Below are positions 52,603 through 62,441 of a stretch of 64,000 nt of DNA, in pieces. The stretch is from the NCBI GenBank assembly GCA_048489175.1, contig DBFOIV010000177.1:15973-79972 (forward strand), read 5' to 3'. A model generated the notes under the pieces. That model was given only the letters and a program-made list of their open reading frames with translations. It searched no databases and had not been told where the DNA came from. The position numbers were made by a program, and so were the translations under genes. Source of the stretch: Collinsella sp. (lineage in GTDB: Bacteria > Actinomycetota > Coriobacteriia > Coriobacteriales > Coriobacteriaceae). The number at the start of each line of letters is the position of its first letter. The stretch's first letter is position 1.

Positions 52603-53394
52603 ATGCCCACACCTTCCACTGCACGCATGCACGACTTCGAGGTCGTCTCGAACCGGGAGATTGCCGACGGCGTCTTCTCGCTCGTCATCTCGGCCCCCAA
52701 GCTTGCAAGTGCGCTCAAGCCCGGTCAGTTTGTGAACATCGCCGTACCCGGTGATGCGTCCTCGCTGCTTCGCGTGCCCCTGAGCTACTACCGCGCCGAC
52801 GCCGAGGCCGGCACCGTCGAGCTGTGGTACGCCGTCGTGGGCGACGATACCCGTCGTTTGTCCCAGATGGGCCCCGGCTCCACCTCTAACCTGCTGGGCC
52901 CCGGTGGCCGTGGCTGGATGGTACCCGAGGGCACCAGGAAGGCCCTGCTCGTCGCCGGTGGCATCGGCGTTCCGCCTGTGCTGTGCCTTGCCGGCATGCT
53001 TGCCGAGCAGAGTGTTGATGTGGACGTGTGCCTGGGCTTTGGCACCGCTTCCAAGGCCGTGGGCATCGACGAGTTCCGCGCGCTGGGCGCCACGGTTAAC
53101 GTGTGCACCGACGATGGCACGCTGGGCACGCACGGTTTTTGCACCGACCCGGCAGCCGAGCTGCTCGGCGAGGGCGGCTACGACTACGTCGCCAGCTGCG
53201 GTCCCGCCGTCATGATGAAGAAAGTCGCCGCCGCTGCCGCCGAGGCCGGTGCGTACTGCGAGGTGTCGCTCGAGCGCATGATGAGCTGTGGCTTTGGCGC
53301 CTGCAACACCTGCAATGTCGAGACGGTCGACGGTATGAAGGGTGCTTGCATGTGCGGCCCCGTGTTCGATGCTTCCAAGGTGGTGGTCTTCTAG
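52603..53394 (+). CDS. pyrK: Dihydroorotate dehydrogenase electron transfer subunit
   Basis: KPGQFV, LRVPLS, AGGIG.PP, CGP..MM and ERMMSCGFGAC..C...C. Confidence 0.92.
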   Translation: MPTPSTARMHDFEVVSNREIADGVFSLVISAPKLASALKPGQFVNIAVPGDASSLLRVPLSYYRADAEAGTVELWYAVVGDDTRRLSQMGPGSTSNLLGPGGRGWMVPEGTRKALLVAGGIGVPPVLCLAGMLAEQSVDVDVCLGFGTASKAVGIDEFRALGATVNVCTDDGTLGTHGFCTDPAAELLGEGGYDYVASCGPAVMMKKVAAAAAEAGAYCEVSLERMMSCGFGACNTCNVETVDGMKGACMCGPVFDASKVVVF

Positions 53395-54317
53395 TGGGTA
53401 CCGTGAACATGGCCGTCGATTTCGGCGGCGTCAAGATGCAAAACCCCATCAACACCGCAGCCGGTACCTTTGGCTACGGCTGGCAGTTCCAGAACTTCTT
53501 TGATGTTTCCCAACTGGGCGCCATCACCACCAAGGGTTGCGCAGCCGAGCCCTGGCCCGGCAACCCCGCGCCCCGCATGGCCGAGGTTCCCGGCGGTATG
53601 ATCAACTCCGTGGGCCTTCAGAACCCCGGCGTGGCTGCCTTTGCCCGCGAGTCCGGCCCGTGGCTCGAACAGCTGTCCAAGGACGGCTGCCAGGTCATCT
53701 GTCAGGTTGCCGGCCACTCCGTTGACGAGTTTGTCCGCGCGCTCGAGATGTATGTCGAGCTGTGCCCCTGGGCTGCCGGCTACGAGATCAACGTGAGCTG
53801 CCCTAATATCGCCGCCGGCGGCGCCGCCATGGGCTCTACGCCCGAGGGCGCCTCATCCGTTATGGCTGCCTGCCGCAAGGTGACCGATAAGCCGCTGTTC
53901 GTGAAGATGGCGCCGGTCAACGTCGCCGAGATTGCCAAGGCCCTCGAGGCTGCCGGCGCCGACGGCCTTTCGGTCATCAACTCCATTCAGGGCATGGCCA
54001 TCGACGTCCATACCCGCAAGTCCCGCGTGGCAAAGCCCAAGGGCGGCCTTTCGGGCCCGCTGTGCCACCACATCGCCGTGCGCATGGTCTGGGAGGTTGC
54101 CCAGGCCGTCGATATCCCCATCAACGGTGTCGGCGGTGTCATGACCGGCGAGGATGCGGCCGAGTTTATCCTGGCCGGCGCCACCTGCGTGTCGGTCGGC
54201 ATGGCCAACTTCGTCGATCCGTGCGCTTCGCTCAAGATCGCGCACGAGCTCGAGGCCTGGGCCGAGTCCCAGGGCGTGAAGGACATCAACGAACTGGTAG
54301 GTGCTTTCGAATGCTAG
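53394..54317 (+). CDS. pyrD: Dihydroorotate dehydrogenase class 1B catalytic subunit
   Basis: GNPAPR..E, NSVGLQNPG, EINVSCPN and GGLSGP; start GTG 53394 or nearby. Confidence 0.95.
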   Translation: MGTVNMAVDFGGVKMQNPINTAAGTFGYGWQFQNFFDVSQLGAITTKGCAAEPWPGNPAPRMAEVPGGMINSVGLQNPGVAAFARESGPWLEQLSKDGCQVICQVAGHSVDEFVRALEMYVELCPWAAGYEINVSCPNIAAGGAAMGSTPEGASSVMAACRKVTDKPLFVKMAPVNVAEIAKALEAAGADGLSVINSIQGMAIDVHTRKSRVAKPKGGLSGPLCHHIAVRMVWEVAQAVDIPINGVGGVMTGEDAAEFILAGATCVSVGMANFVDPCASLKIAHELEAWAESQGVKDINELVGAFEC

Positions 54318-55027
54318 AGACCGATGCCCGCGACCGCGTAATCGTCGCTCTCGACTGCGACCGCGAGCGTGCGCTCGAGCTCGCCCACGAGCTTTCGGGC
54401 CATGCCGCCTGGCTCAAGGTTGGTATGACGCTCTATTACGCCGAGGGTCCCCAGATCGTCAAGACATTCAAGGACCTGGGCTTTAAGGTCTTCCTTGACC
54501 TTAAGTTCCATGATATTCCGCATCAGGTTCGCGGTGCCGCCCGTTCGGCCTCGCTTGCCGGTTCCGACCTGCTCTCGGTTCACGGCTTGGGTTCGGGCGC
54601 CATGCTCGCTGCCTGCCGCGAGGGTGCCGAGGAGGCGCGCGAGGACCGCGCCAAGCTCGTCGCCATCACCGTGCTCACGAGCATGAATCAGGATGCCTTG
54701 AGCGAGATCGGCGTCGAGTCGCCCGTGGCCGAGGAGGCCGCCCGCCTGGCAAAGCTCGCTCAGGCCAACGGCATCGATGGCATCGTGTGCTCGCCGATGG
54801 AGGCTCACGACATGCGTGAGCTGCTGGGCCCTGATGCCCTGATCGTGACTCCGGGTGTGCGTCCGGTGGGTGCCGCCCTTGGTGACCAGTCCCGCGTGGC
54901 GACGCCTTCCCAGGCTATCGAGCGCGGTGCGAGCCACATTGTGGTGGGCCGTCCCATCACCGGCGCCGACGATCCGGTTGCCGCCTTTGACGCCATTGTC
55001 GCCGAGCTGGTCGAAAACGTCGCGTAA
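54311..55027 (+). CDS. pyrF: Orotidine-5'-phosphate decarboxylase
   Basis: IVALD, KVG, FLDLKFHDIP, VTPGVRP and VVGRPI. Confidence 0.96.
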   Translation: MLETDARDRVIVALDCDRERALELAHELSGHAAWLKVGMTLYYAEGPQIVKTFKDLGFKVFLDLKFHDIPHQVRGAARSASLAGSDLLSVHGLGSGAMLAACREGAEEAREDRAKLVAITVLTSMNQDALSEIGVESPVAEEAARLAKLAQANGIDGIVCSPMEAHDMRELLGPDALIVTPGVRPVGAALGDQSRVATPSQAIERGASHIVVGRPITGADDPVAAFDAIVAELVENVA

Positions 55028-55149
55028 AAGATTCCCCTAAGTCACCACTTTTGGGTCTCATTAGCACAGAATAGCCCCTGTGCCTGCGTAAACTTTCCCA
55101 TCCTTTGTGTGGAATCGCAGGTCAGGGGCTTAACTTTGGGCGCAGTATA

Positions 55150-55178
55150 TTGCACTTTTTGCGGGTATCGTCTAACCT
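55150..55178 (+). promoter_or_regulatory. Promoter of mihF-gmk-rpoZ-thiI
   Basis: TTGCAC (55150-55155), 17 nt, TAACCT (55173-55178). Confidence 0.55.
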
Positions 55179-55266
55179 ATGGAGCCGCGATTGGGCATTT
55201 TGTACGTTCTACGTGCTAAAATGCCAATTATTGAATCAGATATAACCTAACTTTTTGGAGGTACGA

Positions 55267-55575
55267 ATGGCACTCCCTCAGCTTACCGATGAGCAGCGCA
55301 AGCAGGCTCTTGAGAAGGCTGCTGCCGCACGTCACGCCCGCGCTGAGCTTCGCGAGCAGATTAAGAAGGGCGAGAAGTCCCTCGAGTCCGTGCTCAACTC
55401 CGATGACCCCATCGCTTCCCGCATGAAGGTTTCCACCCTCATCGAGTCTCTCCCTGGTTATGGCAAGGCCAAGGCCGCCAAGATCATGGAGGAGCTCGGT
55501 ATCTCCGCTACCCGTCGCGTCCAGGGCCTCGGCGTCCGTCAGCGCGAGCAGCTCCTCGAGCAGCTGACCAAATAA
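55267..55575 (+). CDS. mihF: Actinobacterial integration host factor (mIHF/sIHF)
   Basis: MALPQLTDEQRKQALEKAAAAR..RAE, LESLPG.GK.KA and RRVQGLG; pyrF-mihF-gmk synteny. Confidence 0.95.
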   Translation: MALPQLTDEQRKQALEKAAAARHARAELREQIKKGEKSLESVLNSDDPIASRMKVSTLIESLPGYGKAKAAKIMEELGISATRRVQGLGVRQREQLLEQLTK

Positions 55576-56145
55576 GTGAGCGCTCAGGATTCCAAGCTCT
55601 TTGTGATTTCTGGACCGTCAGGCGCAGGCAAGGGTACGCTCGTCACTCGTGTGCGCGAGCGCCGCTCGAACCTGGGCCTGACGGTTTCGGCTACCACGCG
55701 AGCACCACGCAAAGGTGAGGTCGACGGCGTCAACTACTTTTTTCTGACGCGCGAGGAGTTCGACCGCCGCGTGGCAAACGGTGAGTTTGTTGAGTGGGCC
55801 GAGGTCCACGGTAACTGCTACGGCACGTTGGTGAGCGAGGTCCAGTCCAAGCTCGCCTCTGGTTCGTCTCTCATCTTGGAGATCGATGTCCAGGGTGCCC
55901 TGCAGGTGAAGGAGCGTTTCCCCGAGGCCGTGCTGATCTTTATCAAGCCACCTTCGCTCGAGGTGCTTCGCGAGCGTCTAGTCGGTCGCGGTACCGAGAC
56001 GCCCGAGACGATTGAGCTGCGTATGGCAAACGCCGCCGATGAGCTTGCCCTTGCCGACCGCTACGACGACGTCGTGGTGAATGACGATCTCGACCGCGCG
56101 ACCGATGAGCTCGTTCGCGTTCTCGATATGCATGAAAGGATCTGA
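55576..56145 (+). CDS. gmk: Guanylate kinase
   Basis: ISGPSGAGKGT, SATTRAPR.GE.DG..Y and EIDVQGA. Confidence 0.97.
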   Translation: MSAQDSKLFVISGPSGAGKGTLVTRVRERRSNLGLTVSATTRAPRKGEVDGVNYFFLTREEFDRRVANGEFVEWAEVHGNCYGTLVSEVQSKLASGSSLILEIDVQGALQVKERFPEAVLIFIKPPSLEVLRERLVGRGTETPETIELRMANAADELALADRYDDVVVNDDLDRATDELVRVLDMHERI

Positions 56146-56150
56146 GGTCC

Positions 56151-56432
56151 GTGTCCGTTGTAAAGCCTTGCATTGACGATCTTCTGGAGAAGACCGATCA
56201 CAACCGCTTCCTGCTCGCTTCGCTTGCCTCCAAGCGCGCCTGCGACATCAATAGCATGCTGCGTGGCCAGCACAACCGCGTGCTTGCCGTCCAGGATGTC
56301 GATGACATCACCATCGGGCTTTCCGGTGCCGATACCATTTCGATGGCTATGGATGAGATTGTCGACGGCGACATCTCTTACGACGAGGCCCGTTATGAGA
56401 AGGCGCTCGGCCACAAGGTTGCTGAAGCCTAA
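56151..56432 (+). CDS. rpoZ: RNA polymerase omega subunit
   Basis: P.IDDLL...NRF.L....SKRA..I and AMDEI; follows gmk. Confidence 0.85.
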   Translation: MSVVKPCIDDLLEKTDHNRFLLASLASKRACDINSMLRGQHNRVLAVQDVDDITIGLSGADTISMAMDEIVDGDISYDEARYEKALGHKVAEA

Positions 56433-57677
56433 ATGGCGGCTCGTGTCTGCCTGGTCCACTATCACGAGGTTGGACTGAAGGGTAAGAACCGCGCACATTT
56501 TGAGCATATCCTCATGGATAACATTAAGGCGGCCTTGGCCGCCTTTTCCGTGAATGCCGTGTCTCGAATTTCCGGTTATATCCTCGTGACCTTTAACGAG
56601 CATCAGGCCGATGAGGCGGCGCGTGTCATTCGCACCGTTCCCGGCGTTGCTCGTGTGTCTTTGGCGTATCACACTAACCGCGACCCACAGGAGTACTGTG
56701 CCGCCGCCGTCAAGGCGCTGCGCGAGTATGGTCCCTTCGATTCGTTTAAGGTGCACGCCAAGCGCTCCAATACCGACTATGAGCTCACCTCGATTGACAT
56801 CAATCGTCAGGTGGGCGAGGTACTGTGTGAGGCCTTCCCCGATAAAAAGGTTCAAATGCACGACCCCGATGCGATGGTGCACGTACTGGTGGTCCAGGGT
56901 AGCGTTTATGTGTACGCGCGCTCCGAGCGCGGCGTGGGCGGTCTGCCGGTGGGTTCTGCCGGCAAGGTCGTGACGCTGCTGTCGTCGGGTATCGATTCTC
57001 CGGTGGCGACCTGGATGCTCGCGCGTCGCGGCGCGGTGTGCGTGCCGGTACATTTCTCTGGTCGTCCGCAGACGCCCGATACGAGTGAGTATCTGGTGCA
57101 GGACATCATCCGTGCGCTTGAGCCGGGTGTCCAGATCGGCCGCCTGTATGTGGTGCCGTTTGGCGACTGCCAGCGTGAGATTTCGGTCACCTGTCCCAGC
57201 AACCTGCGCGTGATCATGTATCGCCGCATTATGTATTCGGTTGCCGAGCGCATTGCACACATCGAGGGCGCCAAGGCCATCGTGACGGGCGAATCGCTTG
57301 GACAGGTTGCCTCCCAAACGCTTGAGAATATCATGGCCGTTAACGAGGCCGTGAAGATCCCCGTGTTCCGTCCGCTCATTGGTTCTGATAAGCAGGAGAT
57401 CATCGCGCGTGCCGAAGAGATCGGTACCTTCGATATCTCGACCGAGGCCGCTCCCGACTGCTGCACGCTCTTTATGCCGCGCCGCCCCGAGACGCACGCC
57501 AAACTCGATGCCGTGCATGAGGCGTGGGAGTTGTTCGATCACGAGGAGATGATCGAGCGCCTGCTCAAGCAGACCGAGTACATCGACTTTGAGAGCAACA
57601 CGTATAAGGCCCCTAAGACCTTAAAACGCAAACATTCGGAGCTTGCTCCGCGTGAGATTTACCAAGATCACGAGTAA
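56433..57677 (+). CDS. thiI: tRNA 4-thiouridine synthase ThiI
   Basis: EVGLKGKNR, THUMP domain, GGLPVG, LLSSGIDSPVA, TGESLGQVASQT and DCC. Confidence 0.95.
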   Translation: MAARVCLVHYHEVGLKGKNRAHFEHILMDNIKAALAAFSVNAVSRISGYILVTFNEHQADEAARVIRTVPGVARVSLAYHTNRDPQEYCAAAVKALREYGPFDSFKVHAKRSNTDYELTSIDINRQVGEVLCEAFPDKKVQMHDPDAMVHVLVVQGSVYVYARSERGVGGLPVGSAGKVVTLLSSGIDSPVATWMLARRGAVCVPVHFSGRPQTPDTSEYLVQDIIRALEPGVQIGRLYVVPFGDCQREISVTCPSNLRVIMYRRIMYSVAERIAHIEGAKAIVTGESLGQVASQTLENIMAVNEAVKIPVFRPLIGSDKQEIIARAEEIGTFDISTEAAPDCCTLFMPRRPETHAKLDAVHEAWELFDHEEMIERLLKQTEYIDFESNTYKAPKTLKRKHSELAPREIYQDHE

Positions 57678-57687
57678 ATTTGTGCAT

Positions 57688-57720
57688 AGACCGACGATGC
57701 GTCTGCATCGTCGGTCTTTT
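57688..57720 (+). terminator. Intrinsic terminator after thiI
   Basis: AGACCGACGATGC-GTCT-GCATCGTCGGTCT then TTT. Confidence 0.85.
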
Positions 57721-57795
57721 GCTATCTGGGCATTTTGTGGCTAAGTGTTCATTTGCTGACGTGTGCCTGAATAAATGGACGGATTTGTGCAAGGT

Positions 57796-57815
57796 TTTGG
57801 TCGGCTTTTGGTTTG
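57796..57815 (+). promoter_or_regulatory. Candidate competence-regulon box upstream of comEA
   Basis: TTTGGTCGGCTTTTGGTTTG; 19/20 identical to 28414-28433. Confidence 0.6.
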
Positions 57816-57890
57816 ACCGCTAAAACCGGTTTTGGGGCGTGGCTGTTACAGGGCTCCTTTCCTGACACGATGGTGTTGGGAGGTTTTGCT

Positions 57891-58604
57891 ATGGCGCAGC
57901 GCGAACAACACGAACGGGTCAAAAAGATGGACCGCTTGGCGGACAAGCTGCTCGGTCATAAGGCAGTGGTGATGGCGATACTGGTCGTCATTGCGATGTC
58001 GAGCGGCTTGGCGATGGCGAACCTTGGCGGCGGTGCCGGCGCCGTGTCGTTTGAGCGCACTGACGGTTCGGGCTCGTTGGTGGAGCCGGGATCCGGTGAT
58101 GCCTCGAGCGGAAAGACATCCGAAGGTTCTTCGACTAAGGCTTCTGCCGCGGCAGAGGTCTATGTCGATGTCGATGGCGCCGTTGTGTCGCCCGGTGTAT
58201 ATCGTCTCAAGGACGGCGCGCGGGTGGCTCAGGCGATTGATGCCGCCGGCGGGCTGGCGCCCGAGGCAGACGTTACGGGGCTCAATCGGGCATCCAAGGT
58301 CGTCGATGGACAAAAAATCCACGTTCCAACGGTAGGGGAGCAGCAGGCGCCCATTGCGGAAGCCGATGTTGATGGTGGGGCTTCCACGTCATCGGGCGTG
58401 AGTAGCGCAACAGGCCTAGTAAACATTAATACGGCAAGCTCGGCAGAGCTACAGACGCTTTCGGGCATCGGTCCCTCCATGGCCCGGTCGATTATCGATG
58501 AGCGGACAAAGAACGGTGCTTTTGCCTCGGTTGACGATCTGATGCGTGTGTCGGGAATCGGCGAGAAGAAGCTTGCCAAAATCAAAGATTGCATCTGCGT
58601 ATGA
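57891..58604 (+). CDS. comEA: Competence DNA receptor ComEA
   Basis: N-terminal TM, SLBB (VDVDGAV..PGVY.L..GARV..AI.AAGG) and HhH (ININTAS..ELQTLSGIGP); GGAGG RBS. Confidence 0.93.
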   Translation: MAQREQHERVKKMDRLADKLLGHKAVVMAILVVIAMSSGLAMANLGGGAGAVSFERTDGSGSLVEPGSGDASSGKTSEGSSTKASAAAEVYVDVDGAVVSPGVYRLKDGARVAQAIDAAGGLAPEADVTGLNRASKVVDGQKIHVPTVGEQQAPIAEADVDGGASTSSGVSSATGLVNINTASSAELQTLSGIGPSMARSIIDERTKNGAFASVDDLMRVSGIGEKKLAKIKDCICV

Positions 58605-60904
58605 GTGCGACCGAGCGCGAGCATGTGATGCCTCCGCGGCCCCTGATGCCGTGGACGATGGCCCTGTGTGCCGGCATGTGCATGAGCTGCGCCTTGGTGC
58701 TCAACGTGACCGCTGATGCGCTGCTGAGGGAGCAGGCGCCGGCGGTCGGGCCGCTATGGGCCATTCCCGTCGCGGCGGCGGTATTTCTTGTGCTGGCTCA
58801 ATCATGTGCGCGGCTTGCTCCTTTGAAGCGGTGGCTGTATGCCGCGTCCGTCGGTCTCGTGGCGGGAGCGGTCGTCTCGGCCTGGTGGGCTGTGGGTGCG
58901 CTAAGCGCCTCGAAGGCGCTCAACGGTCGAGCGGCAAGCAGCCTCGAGTTTGTCGTGCAGGGTGATCCATCCATAAACGACGACGTGTATTCCTATACCT
59001 GTGAGGCACGCGCGGACGGTAAGAACTTGGCAACGGTTCGCCTATCGTGCGACCGCGAGCTCAAGGTCGGGGCGCACGTGCGTGTTATCGGTCGCGTTTC
59101 ACGTTTTGAGAACGATGCGTATGGACGATCGCGCGTGCTCCGAGGCGAGGTATGCAAGGTAAAAGCCGTTCGGATTGTGTCGGTCGATGAGGGCTCTCCG
59201 GGGCCGCTGCTTCGGCTGCGAAATGGGCTGCTTGCGTCCATCGCGCCTGCGACCGACCCGGCGCGTGCACTCATAGCCGGTGTCGTCTGCGGTCGTTCTG
59301 CCGAGCTGCGCGCCCAGCCGGCGGGCGACTGGTTTTCGGTGACGGGAACGGCGCATCTTATCGCCGTCTCGGGCAGCCATTTGGCTATTGTGGGGTTTGT
59401 AATCGAGGGTGTATTGCAAAAGACTCGGTGCTCACGTGGTCTTCAGCGGGCGATATTGGCGGTAACGCTTGTGGGCTACGCTGCCTTTACGGGCTCGTCT
59501 CCCTCGGCCGTGCGCGCGTGCTGCATGGTGTTCGCGACGCTTGTCGTAAACGGCGCGGGGCGTCGCCGGCACGGTGCATCGGCACTCTTCGTAACCATGT
59601 CCATCTTTGTCCTACTGCGGCCGACGGTGCTGTTCGAGATGGGCTTTCAGCTTTCATGCGCCAGCGTTTTAGCCATTCTGTGCTTTTGCCCCTATGCGAC
59701 CTACGCTTTGGGTGAGCTGGGTGTGCCATCGGGCGTTGCCGGCATGCTTTCCGTCACGTTGTGCTCGCAACTAGCGACACTTCCCATTACCATTCCTGCC
59801 TTCGGTACGTTCTCGCTCATTGCTCCGTTGGCAAATGCGGTCATCGGTCCGGTGGTGAGCGTACTGCTTGCTGTGTCGATCGTGCTGGTTCCCTTTTCGC
59901 TCGTGGCGCCGTTGCGGACTTGGGCGCTCGTTGTGCCCATGATTGCCGCCCGTTGCGCGCTGTTCTTTGAGCAGCTGTTTGCCGCCGTGCCGGGTGCATC
60001 CGTGAGCGTGCCGCCCGATAGCATGTGGATTTACCTAGTGCCGTGTTTGCTGGCGGTTCTGCTGGTCTGGTGGCCGCGTGCCCGTGCACGTCCTATGACG
60101 GTGGGGCTTGCATGCCTGGTGCTCTTGGCTGCGATTCCATACGTCTACTGGGATCGATTCGCTCCGCCTTCGGTGACGGTGCTCGATGTGGGCCAGGCCG
60201 ATGCGATTCTTATCCGCCAGGGCGGCGCAGTAGCACTCGTCGACTGCGGACTCGACGAGCGCGTGGTGGCGGCGTTGGTTCGCAATAACGTGCACCATAT
60301 CGATGCCGTCTTTGTGACGCATTGGGATGAGGACCACTGGGGTGGTCTGCCTGCCGTGCTCGAACAGTTTTCGGTCGGAACGATTGCCGTGGCGGCGGAT
60401 GCGCTGGAGGATGCTCCTGCCGAGGTATTGAACCGACCTGGCGTGGAGTATCGGCAGGTGCGCCGTGGGGATACGGTCGACATCGGCACATTTTGCGCCC
60501 GCGTGATGTGGCCATTCGAGTCCGTGGATGGCGAGGGAAATGAGGACTCGCTTGTCCTGCTTCTCTCTTATGTTCAGGAAGGCAAGGGCCTGCGAATACT
60601 TCTCACCGGTGATGCCGAGCTCGACCAAGAACGGGAATTCGTGCAGGAGGTGGGGGATATCGATGTCCTTAAACTTGGGCATCACGGCTCCAAGGTTTCA
60701 GTCGATGGTGAGTTGCTGGACGTCCTGAAGCCCGAGCTTTCTCTCGCGAGTGCGGGCGAGGGGAATCGATACGGCCATCCGTCCGATGCCTGCATCGATG
60801 CCGTGAAGGAGGCGGGCGGTGTGTTCGCGTGCACCATCGAACATGGCGACATTATCATCACGCCGACTGCGAATGGCTTTGCGATGCGATGCCAGCGACC
60901 GTGA
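58601..60904 (+). CDS. comEC: DNA uptake channel ComEC/Rec2
   Basis: GTAHLIAVSGSHL, SPSAVRA, GFQLS; MBL domain LDVGQAD, THWDEDH, HHGS and YGHP. Confidence 0.94.
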   Translation: MSATEREHVMPPRPLMPWTMALCAGMCMSCALVLNVTADALLREQAPAVGPLWAIPVAAAVFLVLAQSCARLAPLKRWLYAASVGLVAGAVVSAWWAVGALSASKALNGRAASSLEFVVQGDPSINDDVYSYTCEARADGKNLATVRLSCDRELKVGAHVRVIGRVSRFENDAYGRSRVLRGEVCKVKAVRIVSVDEGSPGPLLRLRNGLLASIAPATDPARALIAGVVCGRSAELRAQPAGDWFSVTGTAHLIAVSGSHLAIVGFVIEGVLQKTRCSRGLQRAILAVTLVGYAAFTGSSPSAVRACCMVFATLVVNGAGRRRHGASALFVTMSIFVLLRPTVLFEMGFQLSCASVLAILCFCPYATYALGELGVPSGVAGMLSVTLCSQLATLPITIPAFGTFSLIAPLANAVIGPVVSVLLAVSIVLVPFSLVAPLRTWALVVPMIAARCALFFEQLFAAVPGASVSVPPDSMWIYLVPCLLAVLLVWWPRARARPMTVGLACLVLLAAIPYVYWDRFAPPSVTVLDVGQADAILIRQGGAVALVDCGLDERVVAALVRNNVHHIDAVFVTHWDEDHWGGLPAVLEQFSVGTIAVAADALEDAPAEVLNRPGVEYRQVRRGDTVDIGTFCARVMWPFESVDGEGNEDSLVLLLSYVQEGKGLRILLTGDAELDQEREFVQEVGDIDVLKLGHHGSKVSVDGELLDVLKPELSLASAGEGNRYGHPSDACIDAVKEAGGVFACTIEHGDIIITPTANGFAMRCQRP

Positions 60905-60982
60905 CGACGTCGTTGGCGTGTGGTGGGCCCCTGGGCTAGAATGGCACGGAACGAATACGAAGGCCTGCGGGAGGGGAGCGCA

Positions 60983-61945
60983 ATGTCCGAAACCGGTCTG
61001 CTGCCGGCATATCTGATTGTCGGTACCGACGGAGTCAAGCGCGATCACGCCGTCTCGCGTATGAAAGCGCGTCTGGAAAAGTCGGGTATGGTCGAGTTCA
61101 ACCTCGACGAGCGCGACATGACCAAGGACCCCGATATCGAGTCCATTATCGGATCGCTTAACACCTTTCCGATGGGCAGCGAGTTTCGCCTGGTAATCCT
61201 TGACGGCTGTTCAAAGCTCGCCAAGGCGGTCTCGGAGCCGCTCGTTGAGTATCTGGCGAGTCCCAGCCCCACGACGGTTTGTCTCATCATCGCCGACTCG
61301 CTTGCCAAGAACACGCGCCTGTATAAGGCGATCGCCAAGATCGACAAGAAGGCGGTGATCGATTGCTCCGGTACCAAGCGCTGGGAGCTACCGCGCCGCG
61401 TGCAGCAGATGGCGACGCAGCACGGCAAGTCGATCTCGACGGCGGCCGCCGAGGAACTCGTCTCGCGTTCGGGTGAAAACACTCGCATGCTCGATAACGA
61501 CTTGGCTAAGCTTGCCCAGATGGTCGAGGCGCCCCAGATTGAGCTTGCCGACGTTGAGCGCTGGATTGTACGTACGGCCGAGGTTCAGCCCTGGGACTTT
61601 CTCAATGCGGTCTCGGCCCGTGACATGCGCCGCTCGCTCGAGCTCTTCAATCTACTGCCCGCCAAGAGCTACGTGTGGACTTACACATTGCTGTGCGGCC
61701 GTATTCGCGAGCTTATCGTTGCCAAGGCGCTCGATGCGCGCGGGCAGGGTCGTGAGCTGGCCGCAACGCTTAAGCTTCAGTCCTGGCAGGTCAAGAATCA
61801 TCTGACCTGGGCACGTCGCTTTTCGATGGCAGAGCTCGTTGCAGCGCTCGAGGGTGCGGTCGATGTGGAGCTCGCGCTCAAGGGTTCGGCCGATTCTCAG
61901 ACCGCGCTTTTGCTCTGGATTACGAACATCTTGAGAAAATCGTGA
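60983..61945 (+). CDS. holA: DNA polymerase III delta subunit
   Basis: YLI.G, FN, T.P...FRLVI and ..NDLAKL; comEC-holA-rpsT synteny. Confidence 0.88.
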   Translation: MSETGLLPAYLIVGTDGVKRDHAVSRMKARLEKSGMVEFNLDERDMTKDPDIESIIGSLNTFPMGSEFRLVILDGCSKLAKAVSEPLVEYLASPSPTTVCLIIADSLAKNTRLYKAIAKIDKKAVIDCSGTKRWELPRRVQQMATQHGKSISTAAAEELVSRSGENTRMLDNDLAKLAQMVEAPQIELADVERWIVRTAEVQPWDFLNAVSARDMRRSLELFNLLPAKSYVWTYTLLCGRIRELIVAKALDARGQGRELAATLKLQSWQVKNHLTWARRFSMAELVAALEGAVDVELALKGSADSQTALLLWITNILRKS

Positions 61946-62078
61946 TGATACCTGCCTATTTGACAAATTCGTTCTATCCCTTTGAGGGGGAGCGTGCTAT
62001 AGTAGGCGCTTGCATGACCTCACCGTGTCTCAGAGGTGTCATACATTTTTTGCAAGGAACTCGAAAGGAACTCCAGAA

Positions 62079-62345
62079 GTGGCAAACATCAAGTCTCAGA
62101 AGAAGCGTATCCGCACCAATGAGGCAGCTCGCATGCGTAACAAGGCTGTCAAGTCCGAGCTCAAGACGCTGACCAAGCACGTCCAGTCCGCCGTCGCCGA
62201 GGGCGATGCCGAGAAGGCCCAGGCTGCCCTCAAGACCGTCACCAAGCGTCTCGACATGGCTGCCGCCAAGCATGTTATCCACAAGAACCAGGCTTCCAAC
62301 CGCAAGTCCGGTCTTGCCAAGCTCGTGAACAGCATCAACGCCTAA
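62079..62345 (+). CDS. rpsT: 30S ribosomal protein S20
   Basis: GTG start; ANIKSQKKR...[11 protein letters not shown]. Confidence 0.97.
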   Translation: MANIKSQKKRIRTNEAARMRNKAVKSELKTLTKHVQSAVAEGDAEKAQAALKTVTKRLDMAAAKHVIHKNQASNRKSGLAKLVNSINA

Positions 62346-62379
62346 GTTGTAAATTTCACACCACACAGATTACGCGCAT

Positions 62380-62416
62380 AAATGGAGCCTGTTTTATGGA
62401 ACAGGCTCCATTTTTT
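62380..62416 (+). terminator. Intrinsic terminator after rpsT
   Basis: AAATGGAGCCTGTT...AACAGGCTCCATTT then TTT. Confidence 0.85.
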
Positions 62417-62441
62417 GTACCGCTCGGGTAAGATAGTCCGC

